A stretch of 63,051 nucleotides of DNA, filler included, from Octopus bimaculoides (GCF_001194135.2; 5 parts of 4 records of this genome joined end to end with filler, not necessarily neighbours in it); one strand, 5' to 3'; positions 14,020 to 28,593 are shown, numbered from the whole stretch's first letter. A program made the numbers and translations. The notes: a model not told the origin generated them from the sequence alone.

Positions 14020-14960
14020 GGTACTACAAGTAGAGTGGTTTTATGTCTCTCTCAACTACGTCACACACATAGTAATCCATGGGTTTACAATCGCGGAATT
14101 TAGGAGGCAAGGAATTGGGGCTGGTGAAGTCGTAAACATCATCCGATAACCATCTCTAACTCTTTCCGGAGAAATCATGCCCCTACAAATATGGCCCACA
14201 CATGGCCTTCCAGCAGCAACCTTCTCCAGCCATGGTTTGATCAGAATCTCCAATAGGTTCACATAGCTCTGTGATTCAAAGATCTGGGGCATCATGGTGT
14301 CAGCCTTACTGGAGATACACTCTAAGTCCCTCACTGTTTGGAGGAACTTAGTTTTCATGATACGTGGGACATCACATGAATTGTAGGCAAGCCACTTGTT
14401 GTTCTGAGTGTTGTGCAACTGGTCCTCGCAGAATTTCTTTTCATCCGAGAAGAGCCAATTCATCCCCAGGTCAACAGAATGCCTCAGCTTGTTCAAGAGC
14501 TTCTTTACCTTCGTCAGGCAATTCTGCTTGGCTTTGGCTGTCAGATCTTGTCCCTTGCGCGTCTTGTACGAGTGGTAACGAAGGTTTTTCATTCAGGGCC
14601 AGCTTTATAGTAGTAATTCCAACACCCATCTCTCTCACCCAAGCCCGGATTCCCTTGATCTGATCGTCCATCACATTGTCCCGCAGCTGTTGGATGAATT
14701 CCGGTGTGCGGATGTAGTCAGAACGTCAGCAGTGTCAATTCCCGCTGGCCACGACTTCGTAGTCTACATTGCAGCTGTCCATGTCACTTTCTTACAGCCT
14801 TTATATTGTTCACGGAGAATTGAACCGCAGCCATGATGTTGGCATTTTGATAACAGGCGCCGATCCTCATAATTCAGGTAACACTTTTCTAACATTCAGA
14901 TGGTTTCCAGTCCTCCATGTATAGTAAGCAAACATTTTTCTCAACTACAACTTTAATGTT
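14020..14960 (-). mobile_element. Degraded Tc1/mariner superfamily transposase, maT/DD37D-like
   Basis: RTPEFIQQLRD, LRYHSYKTRKGQDLT, WLFSDEKKF, MKTKF, KPWL..VAAGRP and a CNPMDY-like motif, spread over several frames. No TIR pair identified. Confidence 0.8.
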
Positions 14961-16779
14961 TATGTTTTCCATCACCATTGACTGTCCTCCAATACACCAA
15001 GTTATTCCTGAAAACAGGTAAGATAATAAGAAATCGGCAAATTTAGCCCAAATAGCCCGGATATATTTCGCATATTAATGCATTCAATTTCTGAAAAAGT
15101 ACCTTTTATTTACATACTGAAGAAAGAATCACTGATAATTATTGTTGAAAACATCACGATTATAATATTATTTTTGTTTTAGTCAAATTTATAAAACTGA
15201 GTTCTTTTCATAAATTCAAAATGCCAATAAAAGAGGATGTGAATTTGTGATTCGCACTTGAACTGAAGAACAACTTTATTTTCATCAATTTAAAATTTCA
15301 TTTGCAATTTAAATTGTTAATTCATTTAAATCTAGGTTTAACATAAATTAAATCAAGGCTTTATTGTGTTTTATTCCACTTTTATTAGTGGAAATGAATG
15401 CAAATGACTTAAATAATGTTATTGCTACTTATATATTTTCTTGACCACTGAATGAGTGTGTGAAAAGTTACAAAGACACCTAGCCTAATTTGGACTCATA
15501 CTGAAAAGTGACAGAAATAGATATTACTGGGTCTCTAGCTATATTCTATTACTATCGCGCATCAACGACAGCGCCTCAATGTGGTCGTTCCATCTGTTAA
15601 AAGTAGCTCCTATATATTCCGCAAACCACAAGACGAAAAGACACATTTGATAGCGTAGTTCCAGGTATATTCTGTCTTAAAAGAAAGACGAGATGGTCGG
15701 AGCTGGAACGCTATTGATTATCAATTTGTTAAATCAGAGCTGACTTATAGTTAAACAACAACGGCAACATTTTCTACATAAAAAAGAGATTACTATTAAT
15801 CACAACACTAAAACGATTCTTAATTACTTTCCAGTTTTTAATTGAATTAAAGAAGACGTTATTTTACTGCTGCTGTTATTGTTGTTGTCGCTGTTATTAA
15901 ATTTTATTTCTTATTCGCTTGTCAATACATCAGAGCTTGAGGTTAGCTGCACTTTTTTTCATAAACGACTCCCTCTACTACCATCGTCTTTTCAGTGCTT
16001 TGGCGACATATCCTTCAGTCAATAATTCAATTACATCGCAGAAATACTCTCTTTCTCTCTAATCCTCCCCACTTCTTGTCTCACACTAAAACTAACTATG
16101 CAACCTTAAAGAGAAACAAGCAGTTAAAATGCTGTTGACAGATCTTATTGTACAGATATGAAAATGCAAAAGCAACTTAATATCTCTCGGAGATCTTTCG
16201 GGCCACTTATTATCTAGCACTGCTTTGGTTCAAATCATTGTTATTTAATTTTGATTATGTATAAATTTATTGTTCTCTTTTTATCCAACCTGTCTCTATA
16301 GTATCTGTAACCATAGTAACAAGTAAACCACTGTCTAAAGAAAAATTATGTTTGCGAAAGGTCAGCTCTGTTTTTCCTTTCGTTTATATAGTTATTTGTT
16401 TCTTCTCTTCTTTGAATTTTCTTTTATTCTTTTTTGGTCTTTTTCTTTCATTTTCTTTGTTTCTTTATTGTTTCTGTAGTAATTTCATTGCCATCATAAT
16501 TATATCCACCTGACCTAAGTTTAACCATCAGAAAACTTTCATAATTAGAGAACAATGCAGCTTTCTGTGGAACATTAAATTAGATTTTATAATCTTGCAA
16601 CGTATATTTTATTTTAATATACCGGTATGCTGGACACAATATTATTTCAAGTGATACAGACCAACAAGTAAATTCTTGGTGAAACGAAACGATGTGTAGA
16701 TGTTGGCATTCATTATTTCAATAGTAATTTCATTTCACATATGCTATTATTAATCTTATAAATGGCTGGGCCCAAACAA

Positions 16780-17110
16780 ATTTGTATTAAGAAATTTCTA
16801 AACAGAAAGGCAACAATAGTGAATGAAGAGACACATGTATTGGATGATGTACTCCTAAATCTAATGAATATATTGTATCTCAATAAAAGACATGACTGCC
16901 ACACGAGAACATCTTTGATTATGGATCATGTATTCGATCCACAATTAAGGGTACTTTGAAACAGGGATTTCATACAAACTCAAAAGCGACACATTAGGTT
17001 CAACAACAAGAACACTTTAAATAATGTAGTCTTAAATATACACTGCCCAATATGACAGACAAGATTGTCAAATATGTTATGCCTTTAACTATAGACTAGT
17101 TTGATGATGG
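16780..17110 (+). mobile_element. Possible highly degraded Penelope GIY-YIG remnant
   Basis: TCIG-like motif near 16835, and HVFDPQLRVL*NRDF...HIRFNNKNTLN resembling the HxFD..KIL..E..I...LN tail. Confidence 0.35.
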
Positions 17111-19094
17111 CGAAATATTTGACCTGTCTTTCAAAAATGATAATTTTTTCAATGATCCTGTTAATGAGCTGCCACTTGTTTGCATGCATTTTAGTTTTAA
17201 GGAAATATTCATAGATAACTCGTTTTCTTATAACATAATATAATAGTGATATATTTCTGCTTTGAAAGTCAATCGCAAGTCATGACGCCTAAAACTGCGT
17301 TTTGTTACTGATAAAGCCTGTTTCATAGATGCATAATTACTGGCTTAGTTGATCATACGACCTTGGTTAAACTACAAAGTGATATTGAATATAGTTTTAT
17401 CAATAACTATTTACCTACAACACAAATGTATGCAAATAGGAATGCGATAGTCCAACAACAAGAATATTAAAGAAATAATTATTTCGACATGTCATGTTAA
17501 ATGTTACACCATCACGTGACTAAGCTTTCAATAAAATACATTGCAGATTTTACTATCATGCCGTTTTAGCGAGTCATTGCATATATATGCCTACATTAGC
17601 CAATGTGTTAATAACTTCTCTCCAAGTATTCGTCAGTACTTTAATTTATTTAATAGATATATCAAGGTCAGCTCTAGCTGGCAATATCATTACAGATAAT
17701 CTTTAAAAAATCATCACAGATTACGAACTTTAAAGAGGCTAAAAATGTAGGCCTATTCATGTGCCTGCAAGTTCTGAGCACAAATCACTATGAGGTAATT
17801 TTTTTGCTGTCCATCTTTCACGTGGAGATAAATAAATTCCAGTGTAGTATTGTGGAAGTGTAATCTTCTTTCCGCCAGGACCCAAAATTTCTGATTTTGT
17901 GCTTATTAAAATTTCATCACAGGCAATATTAATGTTCTTCAATTTAACTATTTCTTTTCCTGCAACAGATTTTTGAAATTAGAAATGGGTCAGTAACTAA
18001 TATATAAATATCGTCAGAAATACATACATACATACATACATACATACATACATACTTACATATATACATGCATGGGCAACTGTTCTGAACCTCTAGATTC
18101 TGCATCCAGATTATAAATTCACATTTATACCAAAAATAATTGGGTGCTTTCGGTTTTATGAGTAAATGACAATGTGAATAACTTTCAGATTTCAAAAAAA
18201 GAAATAAACCAACTACTCGCACATTACAAATTCAATCACTAAGTGGAACAGTAAAACTATGCAACACTTTACTCAAGTTTAAAATACGACTTTGTTTTCG
18301 TTGTCTACATTCCAAAGCGCTTTGTATCGATCAGCTCCTTGCTAAGAGGTAAAATTTTAAAAAACTAAAAACAAAAGTGGACATACATACATATACACGC
18401 ATACATACGTACATACATACAAATATACATATATGAACGTTTGAATGTATGTACGCATGTTTACATCGATTTATAAAGAAAAGTACGAAAATTTTGTTTT
18501 GGAAATGCGGAACGTGTAGTATTAATATTGGAGCCTAGCCTTACTAAAATATTCGCACGGAATATTGACTGATATTAAAGAATCCATTACTCCCAATTTA
18601 CTTTCTGGCAGTTTTATGTCATCCTTCCATTATTTTGCCACAGACATCCATGAGATTAATTTTTAAGGAGTCTCAGCTAATTACAATTTTTCTTCAATTT
18701 TTTCTTCCTCTTCATTTGCTAAGTTCTAAAAATACTAGAGTGAAATGAGGATAGAGCTATAACTTTCGTCGGAATAGAAGATACGTGAAAGAAGGGAGCA
18801 AAAAGAAAAGGAGAGGCAGAATGAGAGCAGACGGCAAAAGAGAAAAACCGAAAGAGAGAGAAAGAAAGTGGTTGTAAAGCGAATAAGAATATAGGATATA
18901 TGACTTATGTCACAATACGAACTGTGATAAAAACAGATCAAAAATGCGTGAACTGGAAGAAAACTAAGGACTAATTTCTTCGGAAAAGAATTTAGATGAA
19001 ATAAAGCATGAGAGAGGGACAAATATAAAGGAAAGACAAATTAAAAGACAGATGAGAGATGAGAACGAACGATTGTTGTGATAGTTGCAGTTTA

Positions 19095-19438
19095 AAAAAG
19101 AGTAGTTTCCCCTTCGATCATGAATGACCATGGAATTGCCCCTAGAAAGGTTTCCTCCGAGGCACATATCCGGACAAGGTTGTTCATGGAAGACCAGCAG
19201 CCGCTCATGCATACCGGCCTCCTTTCTCCACGCCACCAATGTTAGCCAAGAAAAAGACAAAGGTCGATACAGCCTGGCACCAGTGAGGTTACAACTCATT
19301 TCTACAGATGAGTGAACTAGAGCAACGCGAAATAAAGTGTTTTGCTTCCGAACATAACACACAGCCCGGTTCGGCAATCGAACCCACTACCTCATATTGG
19401 TGAGCCCGAGGCTCTAAACACTGAGACATGGGCCTTCA
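19095..19438 (-). mobile_element. tRNA-derived SINE, family C
   Basis: Reverse-complement homology to 7935-8260. Confidence 0.75.
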
Positions 19439-19767
19439 CTTAGCTGTAGATTACTGCATTATTTATCTAGTAGGCAGTAAGTTATATCATTAATATTATT
19501 GTGACTGATGCTGCTCCCTTGCTACCGACTATAAAATCGTGGTAGCAGTGAACCAGTATCATCACTTTGTTCAGAAGGTGATGCCCAGACATTCTGCAAA
19601 AACTAATGGATCAAGCAAGAGAAACATCATTGTATCAAACGAAGCATTCAGGACTACTATGGAAATATGAAAAATCATTTTATAAGTTTTTAACTTGAAA
19701 TCAGTCGTTTCTTGTTTATATGAACATTGAATACACACATATATACATACATACAAACAAACATACA

Positions 19768-19798
<31 letters not shown>

Positions 19799-20348
19799 GT
19801 GTTTGTATGTGCGCGCGTGTGTGTGTGTTTATGTACGTATATATATATATATGTATATATATATATACATAAAAACATGTGTATGTGCATGTGCGCAGGG
19901 TATCCATTACAACTCAAATTATAAACGCAACGCTTTTGTGCAACAAGCCTTGTTTTGCCGACTGTACTCGTCAATGGGTTGACAGAAATAACCTTTATGC
20001 TTTTCAGCCTACGCATGAGATCGAAAAGGTTGGTTGCACAAAAGACATTACATTGGATTTGTTCCCCTTGTTACCACACATAGTCTCATACACAAATACA
20101 CAACATGCAACCATACAAATATACATACACGCATATACTAAACTCAACATACTGCTACTGCAGAAAGGTATCTGGAGTGCTTTACTTGTTTACACAATAA
20201 AGTAAAAACACAGAGACACATATTACATGTACACACACACACACACACAAGCACATACACACACACATCTATGTACATACATATATGAATACAAATATGT
20301 ATGTACATATACATACATGCATACATACATGCATACATACATACATAC

Positions 20349-20409
<61 letters not shown>

Positions 20410-20554
20410 CATGTGTCTGTATGTAAATATATGCATGACATATATAGAAGTATATACAGAGGCATATATATACATACATATATATATATATATATATACA
20501 CATATATATACATATATATATATACATATATATACATATATATACATATATATA

Positions 20555-20654
20555 NNNNNNNNNNNNNNNNNNNNNNNNNNNNNNNNNNNNNNNNNNNNTT
20601 AATTAATTAANNNNNNNNNNNNNNNNNNNNNNNNNNNNNNNNNNNNNNNNNNNN
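20555..20654. other. Artificial scaffold-join spacer
   Basis: 44 N + TTAATTAATTAA (20599-20610; stops in all six frames) + 44 N. Confidence 0.95.
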
Positions 20655-20697
<43 letters not shown>

Positions 20698-20699
20698 TG

Positions 20700-21240
20700 C
20701 ATATATGTTTGTGAGCCAGGAAACCTGGCTAAGATGGGACTAAGTAGTGGCACACAAAATCTCATGGTTTGATCTTTGTAAAATGGAACCCCGCTGGATA
20801 AAATTCATAATTCTCATAGTTTATGATGTCTTTTTGTGCTCCTCCAACTTATTATACTTGGAAAAGTTGGAGTCATCACTTTGCTCCTAGTGCTTGAGGA
20901 GAGGGACCTTGGAGCACATCCTCAGTAGCTGTCCAAAAGCCCTGGAACGGGATGCTACTGCTGGAAGCATAACGAGGTTTTGAAGACATTAGCAGACACC
21001 ATCTAAAGTGGGATTAGCCCCAACAGGCACCTTAAACCCAATAAAGTTTATTATTTTCATCAGAGCTAGTGTGAAGAATATGCCAGCTGCTAGGTCCACA
21101 ACCTTGGGCCTACTTGCAACAGCAAAAAAAATACTGGGAACTGAAAGCTGACCTGTGGATGTAGCTGAAGCTTCCAGAAACTGTCGCCTCATTATCATTA
21201 ATGCTGGGTATGGTATTGATTTCAAAAGCATCTATGTAAG
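20700..21240 (+). mobile_element. Degraded HERO-like RLE non-LTR retrotransposon fragment (CCHC knuckle region)
   Basis: GTLEHILSSCPKALE..Y.WKHNEVLKTLADTI (with a frameshift), followed by TLGLLATAK..WELKADL. Confidence 0.65.
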
Positions 21241-21296
21241 TGCATCTGTTAGAACTCGCTGTTCTTTTGGAGGACCACATTTAGGAATCAAATGAG

Positions 21297-21656
21297 AACA
21301 AGAGCACTCAGAGAGGGCAAACCTCCCCCAAGGCAACACCAACGATTAGCCAGAGATGATTTTTAAAATGAGAATATCTAAAATAAACTCGACTGCTCTC
21401 ATAAATGAGAATACTAAAAATGAAGCCGACCGTTCTCAAAAATTAAGTAAAAAAAACAGGAAAAATAATCCAGAATCCTTGTCTGGTTTCAGATTGATCC
21501 CAACATCTAATCAGTTTGTGCCAGTCATGAGGCCAAACATCCCTGAAAGTTTTATCTGAATCCATCCTGTAGTTCTTAACATATCTTGTCCATGGACAAA
21601 CAAACAGACATGACTGAAAACAATACCACTGCTTTTGGTAAGGCGGAGGTAATAAG
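21297..21656 (-). mobile_element. Helentron-associated (HINE/DINE-1-like) non-autonomous element
   Basis: ACAAGAGCACTCAGAGAGGGCAAACCTCC end, subterminal GGCGGAGGTAAT, internal ACAA/ACAG repeats. A homologous copy lies at about 58400-58790. Confidence 0.55.
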
Positions 21657-21836
21657 AAAAGAAAATATGTTGGAGCTGGTGGAGCTACATGGAAGCAATG
21701 TGTAACAAGCAAGGTGTGATCCAATGAAGTTGAGATGCAGATGGTTTGCAAACTGGTCTCTCTGCAGAAATTATAACATGCTTGGCATTGCATGCCAGTT
21801 AGCAGAAGGCTATCAGATTGGCTGGGGTGGGGGGAT

Positions 21837-22047
21837 AAGGTAGCGAGCTGGCAGAATCGTTAGCACGCTGGGCGAATTGCTTAGCGGTGTTTTGTCTGCC
21901 ATTACGTTCTGAATTCAAATTCTGCGGAGGTCAACTTTGCCTTTCATTCTTTCGGGGTTGATAAATTAAGTACCAGTTACGCACTGGGGTTGATGTAATC
22001 GACTTAATCCCTTTGTCTGTCCTTGTCCCCTCTATGTTTAGCCCCTT
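21837..22047 (+). mobile_element. tRNA-derived SINE, family B
   Basis: AGCTGGCAGAATCGTTAGC...TTCAAATTC...AAGTACCAG. Further copies at about 3505-3660, 23496-23650, 24852-25012 and 26961-27133 (-), and 29664-29860, 30930-31140 and 31740-31960 (+). Confidence 0.85.
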
Positions 22048-22546
22048 GACTCTCTTGTTGCTCACACGTGACCAGCGGCTATCGTTCTTTTTTTCTCTTG
22101 CTTTACAAGAGATAAGGCCTACTTTTGCTTGTCTCGTGTCACAGCTCTTTTCTCCAGCATTCACCACTTCACCTCGTTATGGCTTAATAGCCCTCACCAT
22201 TTGTTTTTTCTGTTTCGTTCTTACTGTCCTGTTTTTGTTACCACTTTAACCCCACCGCAAAAATCCCAAATTTTATTTAATTTGCTTTGTGGGAAGGTCT
22301 GTTTTAATGAAGTCACGTCTTGTCCTAACCTTCGAAACGTGGAGTAGATAAAACAGGAGACAACTGAGGATGGGATTGCTCTTTATGTTGCTTGTCTCGT
22401 TTCTCTACTTGTTTCTTTCGTTTTCCATGTTTTTGTTGTTTTTTTATGTTCTCGTTTTTCATTTTGTTCACGTTTTTTTTGACGTCCTGTACTCATATAT
22501 GTATGTATATATACATATCATATATATGTAGGTATGTACATATATG

Positions 22547-22603
<57 letters not shown>

Positions 22604-23811
22604 NNNNNNNNNNNNNNNNNNNNNNNNNNNNNNNNNNNNNNNNNNNNNNNNNNNNNNNNNNNNNNNNNNNNNNNNNNNNNNNNNNNNNNNNNNNNNNNNN
22701 NNNNNNNNNNNNNNNNNNNNNNNNNNNNNNNNNNNNNNNNNNNNNNNNNNNNNNNNNNNNNNNNNNNNNNNNNNNNNNNNNNNNNNNNNNNNNNNNNNNN
22801 NNNNNNNNNNNNNNNNNNNNNNNNNNNNNNNNNNNNNNNNNNNNNNNNNNNNATATATATATATATATATATATATATAGGGATAATTTTGCATAATATC
22901 AGAGTAACCTCGCGAAACAAAAAGTGAACGTCAATATTTTGGTTTTCAATTTACCCTATGTAAACTAAAAATAATTTACCCATTATTCAAACGGTACTTC
23001 CGTTATTTTGTTTAAGATGGTAGACTGGCATTAAAAAAAAAATTAGAGAAAAAACGGTATGTTCATGATTAGAACGTTTTTGGTTATAGATCTACTTAAT
23101 CAATATAGATCTGGGGGTTTAATAAGAATGTGTAAGGTGCATAAGAAAGATACGAAAAGTTAAACATTCGTTTCTCTACTTCTCTCACACCATTCAGAAC
23201 AAGACGAAATGTATTACATTAACACTGTATGTAAACAATACACAACGATAAAGGGGTGGGTACGGTGGTAAAGGAACAAAGAGATATATACACAAACACT
23301 AATACCTCTTTCTCTCTCTTACTTATCACCAGTTTTAATTTTGTTTGTGAGATAATCTCAGTAGGGAGCTGTTTATACCTTTCCCGAAGAGTATTTACTT
23401 GTAAATAATTGGTCTTCTATTTTGCTTTGAGGGTGACTAAAACACGAATATCATTTTCATATTTTAGCAGAAGGCCTGCAATTTCCGGATAGGGAATAAG
23501 TCGATTACATTGGCTCCCAGTGTTCAATTGTTACTTGTTTTATCGACCCCTGAAAGCCAACCTCGATAGAATTTGAACTCAAAATGTAAAGACGGATGAA
23601 CTACTACTAAGTATTTTGCCTGGCGTGTTAACGATTCTGCCTGTTCGTCGCCTCTCCTTAGACACAAATATTGCTTTAAAATACAATTTAGTTTATAATA
23701 CTACAACATCGTACAATAACTAAAATACTGCAATAATACACAAGTACACGCACAAATATACATGCATAGAGACATACATACATATTTGTGTGTGTATAAA
23801 TAGAAATATAA

Positions 23812-23844
<33 letters not shown>

Positions 23845-24506
23845 GTGTGTATGTGTGTATATATGTGTGTGTGTGATGTTNNNNNNNNNNNNNNNNNNNN
23901 NNNNNNNNNNNNNNNNNNNNNNNNNNNNNNNNNNNNNNNNNNNNNNNNNNNNNNNNNNNNNNNNNNNNNNNNNNNNNNNNNNNNNNNNNNNNNNNNNNNN
24001 NNNNNNNNNNNNNNNNNNNNNNNNNNNNNNNNNNNNNNNNNNNNNNNNNNNNNNNNNNNNNNNNNNNNNNNNNNNNNNNNNNNNNNNNNNNNNNNNNNNN
24101 NNNNNNNNNNNNNNNNNNNNNNNNNNNNNNNNNNNNNNNNNNNNNNNNNNNNNNNNNNNNNNNNNNNNNNNNNNNNNNNNNNNNNNNNNNNNNNNNNNNN
24201 NNNNNNNNNNNNNNNNNNNNNNNNNNNNNNNNNNNNNNNNNNNNNNNNNNNNNNNNNNNNNNNNNNNNNNNNNNNNNNNNNNNNNNNNNNNNNNNNNNNN
24301 NNNNNNNNNNNNNNNNNNNNNNNNNNNNNNNNNNNNNNNNNNNNNNNNNNNNNNNNNNNNNNNNNNNNNNNNNNNNNNNNAGGGATTCCCTAACCTTTCT
24401 GCTCACACCATGTTTAAATCCAGCACCGATTAGGATAGTATAATTTTTTTTCAAACATTGAGGTTCATCTTGTTTCTGAGTTCAAATAATTTTGGGGTTC
24501 ATTCAA

Positions 24507-24726
24507 CCCTTTAACATTCAGATTATTCTGCCAAATGTAATGCTTTTCCATTCACATAGTTTTTAATTAATCATGTATTATCTCTTAGCTTTGAAATTTT
24601 GATGATGTGATTGTATATTTTTAGAATGGCACTGAAAGGTAGGTGTGATAGGCTGGATCTGGCTGGTTAGAAAATAAAACAAGTGGTATATGTGGGCTGG
24701 ATGTGGCTGGTTTAAATGCTAAAGGA
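24507..24726 (+). mobile_element. piggyBac-like MITE, same family
   Basis: CCCTTTAACATTCAGATT...GCTAAAGGA|TTAA. Confidence 0.7.
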
Positions 24727-26041
24727 TTAAACTTTTATTTCTCTGGGATTGATATCATTGTTATTGTCTACATGGGTTGGATGAGTCGTCATAATCTGAT
24801 TCATTTCTTATTGGGAGCTATTGCTCCTAAAGACATGTGCTTGTGTGTGTTGGGAACTAGTCGATTACATCAACTCCAGTGTTTCACTAGTACTTAATTT
24901 ATCAACCCTAAAAGAATGAAAGGCAAAGCCAACCTCGGTGGAATTTGAACTCAAAATGTAAAGGCGAATGAAATGCTGCTAAGCATTTTGCCTGGCGTGC
25001 TAACGATTCTGCCTCTCCTAGGTACAAGTCTGGGCAAAGTTGTTTCTGGAAGATCATCAGTTGCCCATGCATACCAGCCTCCCCTTTCCATACCACTGAT
25101 GTTATCCAAGGGAAAGGCAAAGTCTGATACAGCTCGGCACCAGTGATGTAACTCATTTCTACAGCTGAGTGAATTGGAGCAACATGAAATAAAGTGTCTT
25201 GCTCAAGAAAACAATACAGAGTCCAGTCTGGGAATTGAACTCACTACTCTGTGATAGTGAGCCTGATGCTCTAACCACTGAGCCATGCATTCATCATCAT
25301 CATCATCTTCATCATTAAGGTTTGTATTCTGTACTAGCATGGGTTGGATAGTTTGACAGGATCCAACGAGCCAGGAGACTGTTGAACTCGAGTGTCTGCT
25401 TTGGCATGGTTTCTGTAACTGGATACTCTTCCTAATGTCAGCCACTTTATTGAATGTACTAGGCACATTTTTTGTGGTACTGGCACTAATGGACTCACCA
25501 AGTGTCTCACAAGACAAAACTCCTTGTCAGAGATAGGGTGTAGTAGTATTGAGGGAGGTGGCTTTGTGCCAGGTGTTGTAAGGCTAAAGTATTATAGAGA
25601 GATAGGAATAGGTGTCTTACTGTAGAGTAGATACATGGCTACTCCTGCAGAAAGGAAGAAAGGAAGGTGGAGATGAGGTGTCAGGGTGCACCCTCAAAGT
25701 ATGTAAAGATGGATAAAGAGAGAACAAAGGTAGAGAACTGAGGTTGACTGAGTCAGGTTTGTGAATCATTAGTGCATTGGACTTATGAGGAGTCAATAAA
25801 ATAAAGTCCTGATCAAATACTGGGGAGGGGTGGGGTCAGTGTGAGTGGTTAAATCTCTCCCTTCTAAAATTGGCCATGGGCCAAACTTTGAAACTGTAAA
25901 AACTGGTTATTATTTTACCAGCGTTATTCAGATACATAATGTTGATCTTGGAGCATTTGTTGTGTTCAGAACAATGAATCAAGAAACATTGAAACGTTAG
26001 CACCATCAAATTCTAAAAGCAATTCTGTAATAAATATGGCA

Positions 26042-26081
<40 letters not shown>

Positions 26082-26637
26082 GAGTGAGAGAGAAGCACAT
26101 GCCATCAAAGTGACTTGGGTTACAAATATATGAAGCCCATTATACCCATCATGACTACCCGTCAGATAAGGGCATACCAGACACATGCATCTCAACCATA
26201 TGTGTGCAACATGGTGATCTCATATCAAGATAAACAGCACATGACCTCGCAGGTGGGGCCCAGTTAGAATTTTCTTCAGGTCGAGTAGCCCATACCGCTC
26301 AAAAGGTCCCTGAATAGGGTTTGTTTAAGGATGATGAATAAAGCACCCATATTTCCAGAGGTAAATTATTCAAATGTCAAAAAATTCCTCTCAACACATG
26401 GATATGAAGCTCCCCAACTACTTTTACTCGTGATCAAAGATGCACATACTGTCAACCATCAAGGGACAAGCTCAACTGGTTAAGGTCAAACAACTGACAA
26501 GCAAATCTGTGGTATTGAGCAGAGTATTTGCTGTAGCCCATCTCTTATACCAAGACAAAACATGTACGTGATAACACATCCAATCAGTTAGGTTCAAAAG
26601 CCATGAGAACTACTACCTGGTACTGCATCAGGGCATT
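26082..26637 (-). mobile_element. Family E interspersed repeat
   Basis: Reverse complement of 47969-48527, with a (TTA)n tail at 26043-26080. Confidence 0.75.
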
Positions 26638-27477
26638 CATTGTTATTATTATTATTTTTTCAAACTCAGGTTTTGTTGAAACCCCTGGAGCCTTGCATGT
26701 GTAGTGGGCTTGCTGCCTGCACCCTACAGTACCATGCTCTCTGTTTTTTTCAACTATCTAATACTTTTCTGATTATTCTGGCCATGCCAAGGAGGCAAAC
26801 CTTTTGTAACAGCCTTGTTGAGCACTCTTTTCTGCTTTCCTTTATATTCTTCTTGATGCCTTCTGATACTGTCCTAAGGACCCAACAATAGTTGACACTA
26901 TTATTATTATTATTATAATCCTTTCTACTAAAGGTACAAGGCTTGAAATTTGGGAGTAAGGGAACTAGTCGATTACATCAACTCCAGTGTTTCACTAGTA
27001 CTTAATTTATCAACCCTAAAAGAATGAAAGGCAAAGCCAACCTCGGTGGAATTTGAACTCAAAATGTAAAGATGAATGAAATGCTGCTAAGCATTTTGCC
27101 TGGCGTGCTAACGATTCTGCCAGCTTGCTACCTTTATTAATGTGATAATAATGAATAAATAGCTGTGCATTTCTTCAACAGCCAGATACCTGTCCCTGTA
27201 TCATATTGTAGCCTCTCAATATTTACATAAAACCACTTCTCTCAATATCACATTCCTGTGTAGCCAAAGGGGTCTTGTCTCATGAATTACTTGGTAACCT
27301 CACTAATGCTGGTACCAATCAAAAAAGCACCCAGTACACTCAGTTAAGTGGTTGATATTAGAAGGGGCATTCAGTCATAAAAATCTTGTCAAAGTAGACG
27401 TTGGAGCCCAGTGCAGTACTCTGGTTCATTCCATCTGTCAAACCATTCAACTCATCCTAGCATGGGTTAGACATTAA

Positions 27478-27696
27478 CCCTTTAGCATTTAAACAGACCA
27501 TATCAACCCCAAAATTCTACCTGTTTTATGTGCAAACTGGTCAGATTCAGCCTCTCATACCAACCCTACAATATCATTCTAATAATATACAGTAACATCT
27601 TCAAAATCTCAAAGCTATGAGATAATAGATGATTAATTAAAAACAATGTGATTAATTAAACATTACAGTTGACAAAGCAATCTGAATGCCAAAGGG
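27478..27696 (-). mobile_element. piggyBac-like MITE (TTAA target)
   Basis: TTAA|CCCTTTAGCATT...AATGCCAAAGGG|TTAA. Same family at about 12700-12918, 24507-24726, 33348-33558 and 35950-36250. Confidence 0.75.
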
Positions 27697-27924
27697 TTAA
27701 ATGATGATGATTTATTGAAATATTTGACACCTTTGTCTGGAAATAATTTCTTTTTAAAAAAACAAGAAACTGCTGTTCTTTCCTTCCTACATCCAAATTG
27801 CTATCAATCATTGAATTAGGACTTGTTTTCCAAAATGTGGCAAATTGAAAAATCCTGCTGGTTGATAGAGAACAATAATTTCTCTACAGGCAGCAGGGAT
27901 TATATGCCCTGTAATAATGTTTTG

Positions 27925-28330
27925 TCAGTTCAGCTCAGCATGGTATTTCTTCCTGGTGGCCAATGGCTTAAAGTTCATTAACAGGGCATATCTTAGAGAA
28001 CAGCAGTAAGTTAGCTTGGTTTTCCTTTTGGTACATGCTGCAGGTTGCTGGAGTACACATTTTCTCACAAGAAAGTTGGCAATTAAAAACACTTGCTGTG
28101 GCCCTATCAAGGATGTTCCATCTGATGATAGGAAAGTTGTTTCCATGATCCTGGAGTATCTGAATTAAGTGGGACAGGGAAGTGGGGTTTTTCCTTGTTT
28201 GTACACCTGAAAAGGTGCACATGTTGGGTGTACCTCTCTGGAAAGTCATTGACTGTCATACCCATGTAGTGCCTCATGAGGTCATCTGGTGGTGCGGGGA
28301 TGGCACTAGAGCCCACACCCTTTGAGAGAT
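27925..28330 (-). mobile_element. Penelope-like element GIY-YIG endonuclease remnant
   Basis: HYMGMTVNDFPERYTQH, NPTSLSHLIQIL, IRWNILDRA and CQLSCEK, with frameshifts. Confidence 0.7.
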
Positions 28331-28550
28331 AGGGTTCTCTTAATGGGCAGTTGGTAGGATTTATTGTAAGCTATTGGTGGAGAGAGTAAAAGAGAGAATG
28401 TGCATGTTTAATTCTGTTGTAGTGTGCAGTGTTGGATTGAAAGATATATTACCTAAGCATGAATAGTTAACCTTGATGTTATAAGAATTAAAAAATTTAT
28501 ATCTATGGAAAATGCTGATTAATCAGTGCGTGCGCACACACACACACACA

Positions 28551-28593
<43 letters not shown>

